The notes below the pieces were generated by a model. The model worked only from the letters and a program-made list of their open reading frames with translations. It was not told where the DNA came from and ran no database searches. Both the position numbers and the translations under genes were made by a program. From an uncultured delta proteobacterium (GTDB lineage: Bacteria > Myxococcota_A > Polyangia > Polyangiales > Polyangiaceae): a stretch of DNA of 64,000 bases. Shown here piece after piece: positions 38,785 to 47,415 of this stretch. The stretch lies in contig CAWAIF010000003.1 of assembly GCA_963782055.1 (NCBI GenBank), positions 2,368,001-2,432,000 on the forward strand. The letters run 5' to 3'. How positions within the stretch are numbered: position 1 is the first letter of the stretch; each line of letters opens with the position of its first letter.

Positions 38785-40047
38785 GTGAAGCGCTGCCCCG
38801 CGTGTCAGGCGAGCTATCCCGACGACGATCGCTTCTGCGAGACGGACGGGGAGACGCTCGTCGCCGACGATCCGGTGCGGAGCGTCCCGACGCTGCCGGT
38901 CTCGCCGCCGCCGTCGGACGTGCCCGTCGAGGACACGGGGCGGCGCCTCCTCGAGGTGGCCCCCGAGCTGGGGCCGGCGCGCATCGGCGACCTGGTGAAC
39001 GCGGCCCTGGACCTCGCCGAGCGCTTCGAGCGCGACAGGCTGGCGTGGCAGCCGCAGGCCGAGGACTTCGTCATCCGTCCGGACGGATCCCTCGGTATCC
39101 GGCAGGCGCGGGGCGTCTTCCGCCGGACGGGGAGCTTCGACGCCCGCCCCGTCATGCGCGCGCTGGGCGAGGCGCTGCTCCCCGGGCCGCTTGGCCTGGC
39201 CTCGCCCGGCCTCGTGAGGCTGCTGACCGACCCGCGCCTCCCACCCTCCGGCACCGCGGAGGCGCGCGCGCTCGCGCGGGCCGGCGAGCGTCCGCGCGTG
39301 GTGGGTGACCGCGTGGGGCTGCTCGCCGACCTCGGCTACCGCCGCGAGCGTCAGGAGGACGCGCTGGACGCACACGCGGCGCGGGGGCAGACGCTCCTCG
39401 TGCTCTGCGACGGCGTGTCGGCCTCCGCCGATGGCAGGCTCGCCGCGACGGTCGGGGTGGAGTGGGCGTGCCGTCACGGGGCCGCCGGCATCGAGCAGGG
39501 GGAGAGAGGGGCGGAGCTGGTGCGGGAGTCCATCCGTGCCGCGCACGAGGCCGTGTGCAGGGCGTCCTCCGACGTCCGCACGTCGGAGGCGCCCGGCGCC
39601 ACCATCGTCGTCGCGCTGGTCGAGGGCCGCCGCGTCGCCATCGGGTGGGCGGGCGACAGCCGCGCGTACCTCTTCGCCGAGGGCCGCGACGAGTGCCTCA
39701 CCCGCGATCACTCCTGGGCCAACGAGATGCTCGCGTCCGGTGAGGTGACGGAGGAGGAGGCTTTCGCCCAGCCGCTCGCGCACGCGCTGACGCGGTGCAT
39801 CGGTCCGCTGGAGGACGGCCTGGACAACGTCGATCCCGACGTGCGCACGGTCGAGCTGCCGCCGGGCGCGGTGCTGGTCCTTTGCTCCGACGGCGTCTGG
39901 AGCTACTTCGCCACGGCGGAGGCGATGGGCGCCACCGTGCGCCGCGCGGGGCGCGACCCCTCGGCCGTCGCGCAGGTGCTCGTCCACGAGGCCCTCCTCA
40001 GCGGGGGCCACGACAACGCGAGCGTCGCGGTCTACGTCTCGTCGTAG
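38785..40047 (+). CDS. PP2C-family phosphatase with N-terminal Cys motif
   Basis: KRCPAC...FCETDG; QEDA, LCDGV, WAGDSRAY, LCSDGVW, GGHDNAS. Confidence 0.9.
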   Translation: MKRCPACQASYPDDDRFCETDGETLVADDPVRSVPTLPVSPPPSDVPVEDTGRRLLEVAPELGPARIGDLVNAALDLAERFERDRLAWQPQAEDFVIRPDGSLGIRQARGVFRRTGSFDARPVMRALGEALLPGPLGLASPGLVRLLTDPRLPPSGTAEARALARAGERPRVVGDRVGLLADLGYRRERQEDALDAHAARGQTLLVLCDGVSASADGRLAATVGVEWACRHGAAGIEQGERGAELVRESIRAAHEAVCRASSDVRTSEAPGATIVVALVEGRRVAIGWAGDSRAYLFAEGRDECLTRDHSWANEMLASGEVTEEEAFAQPLAHALTRCIGPLEDGLDNVDPDVRTVELPPGAVLVLCSDGVWSYFATAEAMGATVRRAGRDPSAVAQVLVHEALLSGGHDNASVAVYVSS

Positions 40048-40835
40048 TCGGGGTCTTCCGCGCCGCCCGCCTCGACAGCCACGGCGAGCGCGGCGTCCTT
40101 GCCGATGTCGTCCGCTCGCGGCACCGCGCCGGTGACGGCGGAGATGAGCACCTCCAGAACGCGGAAGAAGCGGGTGGCGTGCAGGGTGCCGTTCAACCAG
40201 CCGCTCGTGATGCAGTACGACCGGTCGAAGGGGGCCGCGTGGTGCCCCGCGTGGTGCTCCTTGCCGAGCAGGATGTGTGCACTCTGCAACCACCGCACGG
40301 GCGCCGGCACCCGCTCGGCGTGGGCCCACTTGTGGATCTGGCTGGTGATGGACATGAAGAAGGCGCACGCGCAGAGCCCGGCGGCGAGGAGATCCCCCGC
40401 CTTCGAGGGCTCGTCGCCCAGCGAGGCGAAGCCCACCGTGACGAGGAAGTTGCCCGCGAGCATGTTCGACCCGTTCGTCTCGACGAAGTCGTGGCGCACG
40501 ATCGCCGTCGGGTCGAGGTGGTGCTCGCGAAAGGTGCGCACGAAGATCGGCCCGAGCACCGGCGTGTCCGGCGAGAGCCAGGTGTCGAACAGCCAGTGGA
40601 AGAAGCCGGAGATGAAGTCCGACGCCAGGTAGCCGCACACCGCGGCGATGGGCAGCAGGGTAGGCCACGCCACCGCCGCTGGCCGCAGCCGCCACACCAG
40701 CGAGAGCCACAGCAACGGGAAGGCGAGGACGCAGCCCACCTCGAGGAAGCGGAAGATGCGCGGCGTGCCGGCGAGCCCGTGCGCATCACGTTGCACGACC
40801 TTCGGCAGACGCCTGCCCCTCTGCTCCGGTTCCAT
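40032..40835 (-). CDS. carF: CarF/TMEM189-family plasmanylethanolamine desaturase
   Basis: SDFISGFFHWLFDTW, FREHH, QIHKWAH, HHAGHH, YCITSGWLN. Confidence 0.9.
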   Translation of the reverse strand: MEPEQRGRRLPKVVQRDAHGLAGTPRIFRFLEVGCVLAFPLLWLSLVWRLRPAAVAWPTLLPIAAVCGYLASDFISGFFHWLFDTWLSPDTPVLGPIFVRTFREHHLDPTAIVRHDFVETNGSNMLAGNFLVTVGFASLGDEPSKAGDLLAAGLCACAFFMSITSQIHKWAHAERVPAPVRWLQSAHILLGKEHHAGHHAAPFDRSYCITSGWLNGTLHATRFFRVLEVLISAVTGAVPRADDIGKDAALAVAVEAGGAEDPDYDET

Positions 40836-40969
40836 CGATGTGCCCAAGCCCCGTCCGATGACGCTCTCATCCTCGCCCGAGGCGCGGACGCTGTCACGCC
40901 AGTACTACGCCGGAGGCACCCGGACGGTTCCCTCCGCGGCGCCTATGGCAGAGCTGGCGAGCGTGTACC

Positions 40970-42736
40970 ATGCGCGCCGTGGTGCCCTCCATCCGCCCCG
41001 CCGCGCTCGCCGTCGTCCTGGCCTGCGCCGTCGCCTGTGCCGGCGCGCCGCCTCCCGCGCCCTCCGGCGCCCCGTGCGTCGGCCCGTGCAACGACCAGCC
41101 CTCCGACGACAACGCCATCGCCGCCGCCGAGCAGCGCTACCTCGATCTGCTCGTCCAGATCTCGCCGGAGACCGCCACCTCCCTCGGCCTGCACCAGCGC
41201 GACACCGAGCTCGACGACAAGTCCACCGCCGGCTTCGCCCGCACCACCGAGGCCGAGGAGCGCATGCTCGCCGAGCTGCGCCGCCGCTTCGCCACGCCGC
41301 ACGCGAGCAAGACGATGCGGACCGACCTCACCATCCTGGAGGACGCGCTGGCCGTGGACGTGCGCACGCGCCGGACGGTGCGGCCGCTGGCGCGCAAGCC
41401 GGACTTCTACGCCAGCCCGATGGAGGCCATCTTCGTCATGACCGCGCGCGACTACGCGCCGATCGCCGACCGCGCGGCGAAGGCGCTGGCGCGCATCGAA
41501 AAGGTGCCGGCGGTGGTCGCCTACGGCAAGGTCAACCTGGAGCGGCCGCCGCGCGTGTGGACGCAGGTCGGCATCGAGGCGGCGGAGGGCGCCGGCCCCT
41601 TCTTCGACGAGGAGGAGCCGATCCTCGCCGCCGCGCTCCCGCAGCAGAAGGAGCGCATCCACGCCGCGATCGTCGCGGCGAAGAAGGCGTACGCCGACTA
41701 CGCCGACTTCCTGCGCGAGGTGGTCCTCCCGCGCTCCGACGGCGACTTCGCCGCCGGCCGCGACTACTTCGAGTTCCTGCTCCACACCGACTACGCCCTC
41801 ACCGAGAACGCCGACCAGGTCGCCGCGCTCGGCGAGAAGGTCTACCTGCGCACGCAGGAGCAGATGGACGAGGTCGCCGCGCGCATCGCGCACCAGCCGG
41901 TGCGCCCGGGCATGTGGCCGGAGGTGCTCCACGAGGTGAAGGGCCACCACCCCACCGCCGCCGAGCTCATCCCCTCCTACGCGCGGGAGGTGGCGCGCGC
42001 CCGCGAGTTCCTGAAGGCCGAGGACGTCGTCACCTTCCCCGCGCACGAGACGTGCGACGTCGTCGCGACGCCGCCCTTCCTGCGCACCACCACCATCGCC
42101 TCCTACGACGTGGCGCCGCCCTTCGACCCGGTGGACAAGGGCCTCTTCTTCGTGACGCCGGTGGACCCCAAGCTCACCCCCGAGCAGCAGGAGGAGATGC
42201 TGCGGGAGAACGACCACGGCGATCAGGTCGACACCGTCGTCCACGAGACCTACCCGGGCCATCACCTCCAGCTCTCCATCGCGCGCACCCACGCCTCCTT
42301 GATCCGCAAGGTCACCGGCCCCTCCATCTTCGCCGAGGGCTGGGCGCTCTACGCCGAGGAGCTGATGAACGAGCTCGGCTACTACACCGACGAGGAGCGC
42401 CTGATGCAGCTGGAGTGGGTGCTCGTGCGGGCCGCGCGCGTGAAGATCGACGTGGGCCTGCACGTGCGGGGCATGACCTTCGACCAGGCGGTGGCCGTGC
42501 TGGAGAAGGACGTGCACCTGGAGCACCAGCTCGCGGTGAGCGAGGTGAAGCGCTACACCGAGACGCCCACGCAGCCGCTCTCCTACCTGATCGGCCGGGA
42601 GAAGATCTTCCAGATGCGCGAGCGCATGAAGAAGCGCGACGGCGCGAGCTTCTCCCTGCGCCGCTTCCACGACGAGATCCTCTCGCACGGCACGATCGCC
42701 CCGGGCCTGCTGGAGCACGAAATCTTCGATCCCTGA
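40970..42736 (+). CDS. DUF885 family lipoprotein
   Basis: HETYPGHHLQ, FAEGWALYAE, PTQPLSYLIG, FHDEILSHG. Confidence 0.92.
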   Translation: MRAVVPSIRPAALAVVLACAVACAGAPPPAPSGAPCVGPCNDQPSDDNAIAAAEQRYLDLLVQISPETATSLGLHQRDTELDDKSTAGFARTTEAEERMLAELRRRFATPHASKTMRTDLTILEDALAVDVRTRRTVRPLARKPDFYASPMEAIFVMTARDYAPIADRAAKALARIEKVPAVVAYGKVNLERPPRVWTQVGIEAAEGAGPFFDEEEPILAAALPQQKERIHAAIVAAKKAYADYADFLREVVLPRSDGDFAAGRDYFEFLLHTDYALTENADQVAALGEKVYLRTQEQMDEVAARIAHQPVRPGMWPEVLHEVKGHHPTAAELIPSYAREVARAREFLKAEDVVTFPAHETCDVVATPPFLRTTTIASYDVAPPFDPVDKGLFFVTPVDPKLTPEQQEEMLRENDHGDQVDTVVHETYPGHHLQLSIARTHASLIRKVTGPSIFAEGWALYAEELMNELGYYTDEERLMQLEWVLVRAARVKIDVGLHVRGMTFDQAVAVLEKDVHLEHQLAVSEVKRYTETPTQPLSYLIGREKIFQMRERMKKRDGASFSLRRFHDEILSHGTIAPGLLEHEIFDP

Positions 42737-42826
42737 CCCTCTTTTCGGGACTGGTCCCGTTGCCGGCGCGGCGCTACGTGGTGTAAAGCTGCCGCGACTC
42801 GAGAGAAAGGTAGTGGAGGACTCGCC

Positions 42827-43768
42827 ATGGCCAACCGCAAGAAGATCGGTCTCATTGGAGCAGGCAACATCGGGGGCGAGCTCGCGCGCCTGTGCGCGAA
42901 CGAGGAGCTGGGCGACGTCTGGCTCTTCGACATCGCGGCGAAGGAGAACTTCGCGAAGGGCAAGGCCCTCGACCTGGAGCAGAACGGCGCCGTCCTCGGC
43001 TACGACGCGAACATCCGCGGCACCTCCAACTGGGCGGACCTCGCCGGTGCCGACGTGCTCATCATCACCGCGGGCATCCCGCGCAAGCCCGGCCAGTCCC
43101 GCGACGATCTGGTCGCCATCAACCTCCCCATCATCCGGGACGTCGCCAACAACGCGAAGAAGCACTGCCCGGGCGCGTTCACCATCGTCATCTCCAACCC
43201 GCTCGACGCGATGGTCTACGAGTACAAGCGCGTCACCGGCGTCCCCAAGACGCACGTCGCCGGCATGGCCGGCGTCCTGGACAGCGCCCGCTTCGAGCTC
43301 TTCCTCGCGCGCGAGGCCGGCGTCAGCGTCAAGGACGTGCGCGCCATGGTGCTCGGCGGCCACGGCGACAGCATGGTCCCGGTGCTCTCCATGACCACCA
43401 TCCACGGCGTCCCCGCCGGCGAGCTCATCGCCAAGGACAAGCTGGACGCCATCATCGCCCGCACGCGCAAGGGCGGCGGCGAGATCGTCAACCTGATGGG
43501 CACCAGCGCCTTCTTCGCCCCGGCCGCCAGCGCCGTCGCGATGGCCAGGGCCTACCTGCGCGATCAGAAGCGCCTGCTCCCGTGCGCCGCCTACCTGGAC
43601 GGCGAGTACGGCTGCAAGGATCTCTTCATGGGCGTCCCGGTGATCATCGGCGGCGGCGGCGTGGAGCGGATCGTCGACATCTCGCTGACGGCGGACGAGA
43701 AGGCCATGCTCGCCAAGAGCGCCAAGGCGGTGCAGGACGTGGTGGACGTGGTCAAGAAGACCACCTGA
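42827..43768 (+). CDS. mdh: Malate dehydrogenase (LDH-like)
   Basis: GAGNIG, TAGIPRKPGQSRDDL, SNPLD, LDSARF, GGHGD. Confidence 0.96.
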   Translation: MANRKKIGLIGAGNIGGELARLCANEELGDVWLFDIAAKENFAKGKALDLEQNGAVLGYDANIRGTSNWADLAGADVLIITAGIPRKPGQSRDDLVAINLPIIRDVANNAKKHCPGAFTIVISNPLDAMVYEYKRVTGVPKTHVAGMAGVLDSARFELFLAREAGVSVKDVRAMVLGGHGDSMVPVLSMTTIHGVPAGELIAKDKLDAIIARTRKGGGEIVNLMGTSAFFAPAASAVAMARAYLRDQKRLLPCAAYLDGEYGCKDLFMGVPVIIGGGGVERIVDISLTADEKAMLAKSAKAVQDVVDVVKKTT

Positions 43769-43812
43769 GAGGCGCCGACAACGGAGCCCTTCCCGAGCTC
43801 CGCGCCTCTTTG
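43768..43812 (+). terminator. Possible terminator hairpin after mdh
   Basis: AGAGGCG...CGGAGC...GCTCCG-CGCCTCT followed by a short T run; bulged stem. Confidence 0.4.
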
Positions 43813-43882
43813 GGCGGGCGCTCGTCATTGACCTTTCGCAGCGCGTCTCCGTCGGCCGTACGATGGCCGACGGAGGTGTGCC

Positions 43883-44596
43883 ATGCGGAGCATTCGACTT
43901 GCCTGGGCCATTGCGTTCCTGATCGCCGCCGCGGCCTGCGGTGACACGACCACCACGGACACCGACGGAGGCGTCGACGCCACCGCGGACGTGCAGGGCG
44001 GAGACTCCGGCGGCACCGACTCCGGCGGCACCGACTCCGGCGGCACGGATGCGGGCGGCGGCGACGCCGGCTGCGCGGGCTTCACGACGAGCAGCTGCGA
44101 CGCGGGTTGCCCCAACGGCACGGTCTGCGTGAAGCACTTCGCCGGCCCGCAGACGGTGGACACCGGCTGCTATCCCATCGGCCTCTGCAACAACAACAGC
44201 GTCTGCAGCTGCATCGGCGACTGCGCCTGCACCAACGGCGGCGCCAGCAAGTGCAACGAGAACGACGCCGGCGTCCTCTGCGGCGGCGGCGCCATCTCGC
44301 GCCGTGCGTACAAGACGGACATCGACTACGTCGACGAGCAGGAGCGCACGGCCCTCGCCCAGCAGGCGCTGGAGACGCGCCTGGCGGAGTACCGGTACAA
44401 GGCGGAGCCCGCGAACGCGAAGCGCCACCTGGGCTTCATCATCGACGACCAGCCGGACCCGAGCCCCGCGGTGCAGGGCGACCGCACCCACGTCGATCAG
44501 TACGGCTACACGAGCATGCTGCTGGCCACGGTGCAGGAGCAGCAGAAGCAGATCGACGAGCTGCGCGCCCGGCTGGACGCCCTGCAGAAGAAGTGA
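43883..44596 (+). CDS. Cys-rich lipoprotein with C-terminal peptidase S74 / intramolecular chaperone domain
   Basis: Lipobox AAAC; GGTDS repeats; SRRAYKTDI...YRYK...HLGFI...ATVQEQQKQIDELRARL. Confidence 0.8.
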   Translation: MRSIRLAWAIAFLIAAAACGDTTTTDTDGGVDATADVQGGDSGGTDSGGTDSGGTDAGGGDAGCAGFTTSSCDAGCPNGTVCVKHFAGPQTVDTGCYPIGLCNNNSVCSCIGDCACTNGGASKCNENDAGVLCGGGAISRRAYKTDIDYVDEQERTALAQQALETRLAEYRYKAEPANAKRHLGFIIDDQPDPSPAVQGDRTHVDQYGYTSMLLATVQEQQKQIDELRARLDALQKK

Positions 44597-44609
44597 CCCC
44601 ACCGTTGCT

Positions 44610-44690
44610 CCCCCTCTCCCGCTCCGGGAGAGGGGGCCGGGGGGTGAGGGCTGGGGGTGAGGGCTGAGGTGAGGGCTGGGGGTGGGGGCT
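44610..44690. repeat. REP-like hairpin plus G-rich tandem repeats between convergent genes
   Basis: CCCCCTCTCCCG-ctc-CGGGAGAGGGGG then four GGTG(A/G)GGGCT units. Confidence 0.75.
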
Positions 44691-46329
44691 ACTGGCAGGT
44701 CTTGCCGCAGTACTGCTGGACGTCCTGGAAGCAGGACAGGCCCCAGTAGGTGTCGCAGCAGTAGGGGTCCTTCGCGCAGACCGCCATCGTGCAGGAGTCG
44801 CACTGCTGGCCGAGCTTGTCGCCGGCGGTGCACACGTCGTGGGTGCACGTGCCGTTGATGATGCCGCCGCCGTCCGCCCCGCCGTCGGTGTCACCGGAGG
44901 AGGAGCCGAAGCACGACGCGGGGTCCGCCGGGGGCTCCGGGGGCAGGTCGTAGTTGCTCGCGGGGGTGCAGGTCGCGTTCTGGCCGCCGGGCAGCGTGAA
45001 GGCGTGGTCGTACTGCGCCTCGCCGTTCAGGTCGAACAGCGTGCACTCCTTCTCCCACTTGTAGAGGCCGAAGATGTCCACCTTGGCGTGCACGCTCGCG
45101 GAGAGGCCTGCCTCCACGTCGCCGTGGATGAGGCCTTGCTGGTTGCCCTGCTGGTCGGGCCCGCCGCACGCGAGCGCGCCGCCCGCGCCGGCGTACGCCT
45201 TCGCGGTGAGGTCGGCCATGGCGACGCCGAAGAACTGCAGCTCGAACTTGGGGGTGATGCTGCAGTAGGCGCGCACCATCCCGTCCATCGTGTAGTCGGG
45301 GCCGCTCTGGGTGAAGGAGGCGTTCTTGTCGAAGACGGGGGAGAGGGTGCCGTTCTCGTACTTGATGCCCGCGGTCACGCTGCCGGAGGCGGTGCCACCC
45401 ACCTTCACCTCCGGGCCGCCGCCCCACGCGAAGTCGCAGTCCAGCGTCGCGGTGAAGTGCGCGCTCGACGGCATGTTGAAGGGCCCGAGCTTCAGGCTCC
45501 CCAGGCTGACCTTGTAGTCGGCGATGGTGGTGGAGTTGGACTTGAGGAGCTGCTGCGCGACGAGCTGGGTGAAGGTCTGCGAGTCCAGCGACGTCTGCAG
45601 CTTCACGCCGGCGTCGATGATGAGCGTGGCGTCCAGCTTCCCGGTCGCGGTGGCGTGGAAGGAGTTGATCTTGAGGAAGCCCAGGTCGGCGCCCACGTCG
45701 TAGCTCGGGGAGAAGTCGAGGGTGCCGGTGTCGACGGTGGCGAAGGCGTTGAAGCCGATGGTCTGGTTGTTCGGCAGGCTGGCCGTGCCGGTGTAGTCGA
45801 AGATCTTGGTGCCGCTGAAGTCGAGCAGCTTGACGGTGGTGCCGCCGCTCTTCTGGGTGTGGAGCTGGCCCGGCGCGGATTGCGTGGCGGGGCCGTCCAC
45901 CGTCAGGGCCGGGACCTGCAGCGTCGACTGGAACTTGAGCAGGTCGACGGCCTCCTGGAGCGTCGCGGGGTCGGTCATCACGACCGTCCCCTCCGCCGCC
46001 TGCGAGACCGACTTCACCTTGCGCAGGAAGCCGTCGGGGTTGTTGCCGGTGGTGCCGGGGGTCTGCCGGTCGGCGAGCAGGACGTCGCCCGCGGCGTGGG
46101 AGGCGAGCTGGGCGTAGGCGGAGGCGGGGAACACCACGCGGTCCGGCTGCACGTTCGCGACGTCCGCCAGGCTCTGCGCCAGGACGGTGGTGCCGGCGTG
46201 CAGGATGGCGACGCCGTCCAGGTTGCCGTTGCCCGTGTTGTCGTTGCCCGGCATCGTCGGGCTGGCGCTGCACGCCACGCCGAGGGCGCCGGCGGAGGCG
46301 AGGGCGAGCCCGAGGACCAGCTTCTTCAT
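44689..46329 (-). CDS. Large beta-rich lipoprotein with Cys-rich C-terminal module
   Basis: MKK...GVAC lipobox; tail CTHDVC...CAKDPYCCDTYWGLSC; alternative GTG start at 46344 overlaps the pilin stop. Confidence 0.85.
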   Translation of the reverse strand: MKKLVLGLALASAGALGVACSASPTMPGNDNTGNGNLDGVAILHAGTTVLAQSLADVANVQPDRVVFPASAYAQLASHAAGDVLLADRQTPGTTGNNPDGFLRKVKSVSQAAEGTVVMTDPATLQEAVDLLKFQSTLQVPALTVDGPATQSAPGQLHTQKSGGTTVKLLDFSGTKIFDYTGTASLPNNQTIGFNAFATVDTGTLDFSPSYDVGADLGFLKINSFHATATGKLDATLIIDAGVKLQTSLDSQTFTQLVAQQLLKSNSTTIADYKVSLGSLKLGPFNMPSSAHFTATLDCDFAWGGGPEVKVGGTASGSVTAGIKYENGTLSPVFDKNASFTQSGPDYTMDGMVRAYCSITPKFELQFFGVAMADLTAKAYAGAGGALACGGPDQQGNQQGLIHGDVEAGLSASVHAKVDIFGLYKWEKECTLFDLNGEAQYDHAFTLPGGQNATCTPASNYDLPPEPPADPASCFGSSSGDTDGGADGGGIINGTCTHDVCTAGDKLGQQCDSCTMAVCAKDPYCCDTYWGLSCFQDVQQYCGKTCQ

Positions 46330-46340
46330 CGCCACGGGCC

Positions 46341-46520
46341 TCACAGGAACGCCGCCGCGGTCTTGTCACCCGCCATGCGGACGTTCTTGCCGACCTGCTT
46401 GTAGACGACGGCGGCGACGACCAGGACGAGGAAGAGCAGGAGGGAGTACTCGACCATCGAGGCGCCTCGCTTGTCGGCGACCAGCTTGCGGAGGGACTTG
46501 GTGGGGTTGCGACGGGTCAT
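46341..46520 (-). CDS. Flp/Fap type IVb pilin
   Basis: 59 aa; DKRG/ASMVEY followed by a hydrophobic helix. Confidence 0.88.
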   Translation of the reverse strand: MTRRNPTKSLRKLVADKRGASMVEYSLLLFLVLVVAAVVYKQVGKNVRMAGDKTAAAFL

Positions 46521-46532
46521 GGCTCCACCTAC

Positions 46533-46548
46533 TGCATCCCACATGCCG
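46533..46548 (-). promoter_or_regulatory. sigma54-like -24/-12 box
   Basis: CGGCATGTGGGATGCA, 12 nt before the pilin ATG. Confidence 0.45.
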
Positions 46549-46605
46549 CACCTCGCGGCACCTCGCGGCACCTCGCGGCACCTCGCGATCTCCGGGATCT
46601 CCGGG
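46548..46605. repeat. Tandem repeats (GCACCTCGCG)x4 + (ATCTCCGGG)x2
   Basis: Read directly; upstream of the pilin gene. Confidence 0.9.
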
Positions 46606-46750
46606 CTTTTCTCGGTTCCGCGCCCAGGCGCGGAGGGGGCGATGCGTGGATCCGGATGGATCCATGTGGATCGCCGCCCGACCCGGCCGCGGGACCGCGA
46701 GCATGCTCGCAGTCCGACGCGCCAGGCGGGTTGGCTATCGCGGCCCCCCC

Positions 46751-47317
46751 TCAGAGCGTCACCTCGAAGGACTGCCGCGCGAGCTCCTTGCCCTGGGCAT
46801 CGCGCACGACCGCCGTCCACTCTCCCGCCTCGTGAGCCTGCCGGGTGAACGCCCAGGTGCGCCAGCGCGCCGTGTCGCCCACGGCGAGGACCACGTCGCC
46901 GTGCGCGTCCCCTGACGGCGGCAGGAAGGACACATGGACCTCCCCCGGCGCCTTCTCCGGATTCGCCACCTCCACGAACGCGTAGATCTTGCTCTCCTTC
47001 GCGTTGAACAGGACATCCGGGCTCTTCGGCTCGCGGCCCGCCACTCCCCGCGCGATGACCAGCCGCTTGACGGCCAGCTTCGTCGCCCGCGCGCGGGGCG
47101 CCTCGACGACCCTCGCGACCGCCTTGCTCGTTGCCGTGGTCGCCGTTGCCGTGGTCGTCGTTGCCGCGGTCACCGCCCCGGCGGCGCTCGTGCCGACGGG
47201 CGCGGCCACCGCGCTCGGACATGCCGGGGCGGCCGACGAGACCTTCTCCTTGTTCCCGCCGCACGCAGCGAGAAGACCGACGAACAAGAGGCCCGCAAAC
47301 TTGGTGGTGGTGCTCAT
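46751..47317 (-). CDS. DUF2914-domain lipoprotein
   Basis: Lipobox LAAC; GVAGREP, RWRTWA, GEWTAVVRDAQGKELARQSFEV. Confidence 0.82.
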   Translation of the reverse strand: MSTTTKFAGLLFVGLLAACGGNKEKVSSAAPACPSAVAAPVGTSAAGAVTAATTTTATATTATSKAVARVVEAPRARATKLAVKRLVIARGVAGREPKSPDVLFNAKESKIYAFVEVANPEKAPGEVHVSFLPPSGDAHGDVVLAVGDTARWRTWAFTRQAHEAGEWTAVVRDAQGKELARQSFEVTL

Positions 47318-47329
47318 GCCCTCCCCCAT

Positions 47330-47345
47330 CGCAACCGGCGGGCCA
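47330..47345 (-). promoter_or_regulatory. sigma54-like -24/-12 box
   Basis: TGGCCCGCCGGTTGCG, 12 nt before ATG at 47317. Confidence 0.5.
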
Positions 47346-47415
47346 GCGTCAATCCGGGGGAAAAACAGGCGAATGGCGCGCGGGCCTGTCCGCGGCTGCC
47401 CACGGTGCGTGGCGT

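Noticed and set aside
43883..44596. Prophage remnant suggested by the S74 domain
   Set aside because: The gene has a lipoprotein signal, host-like codon usage and no neighbouring phage genes.
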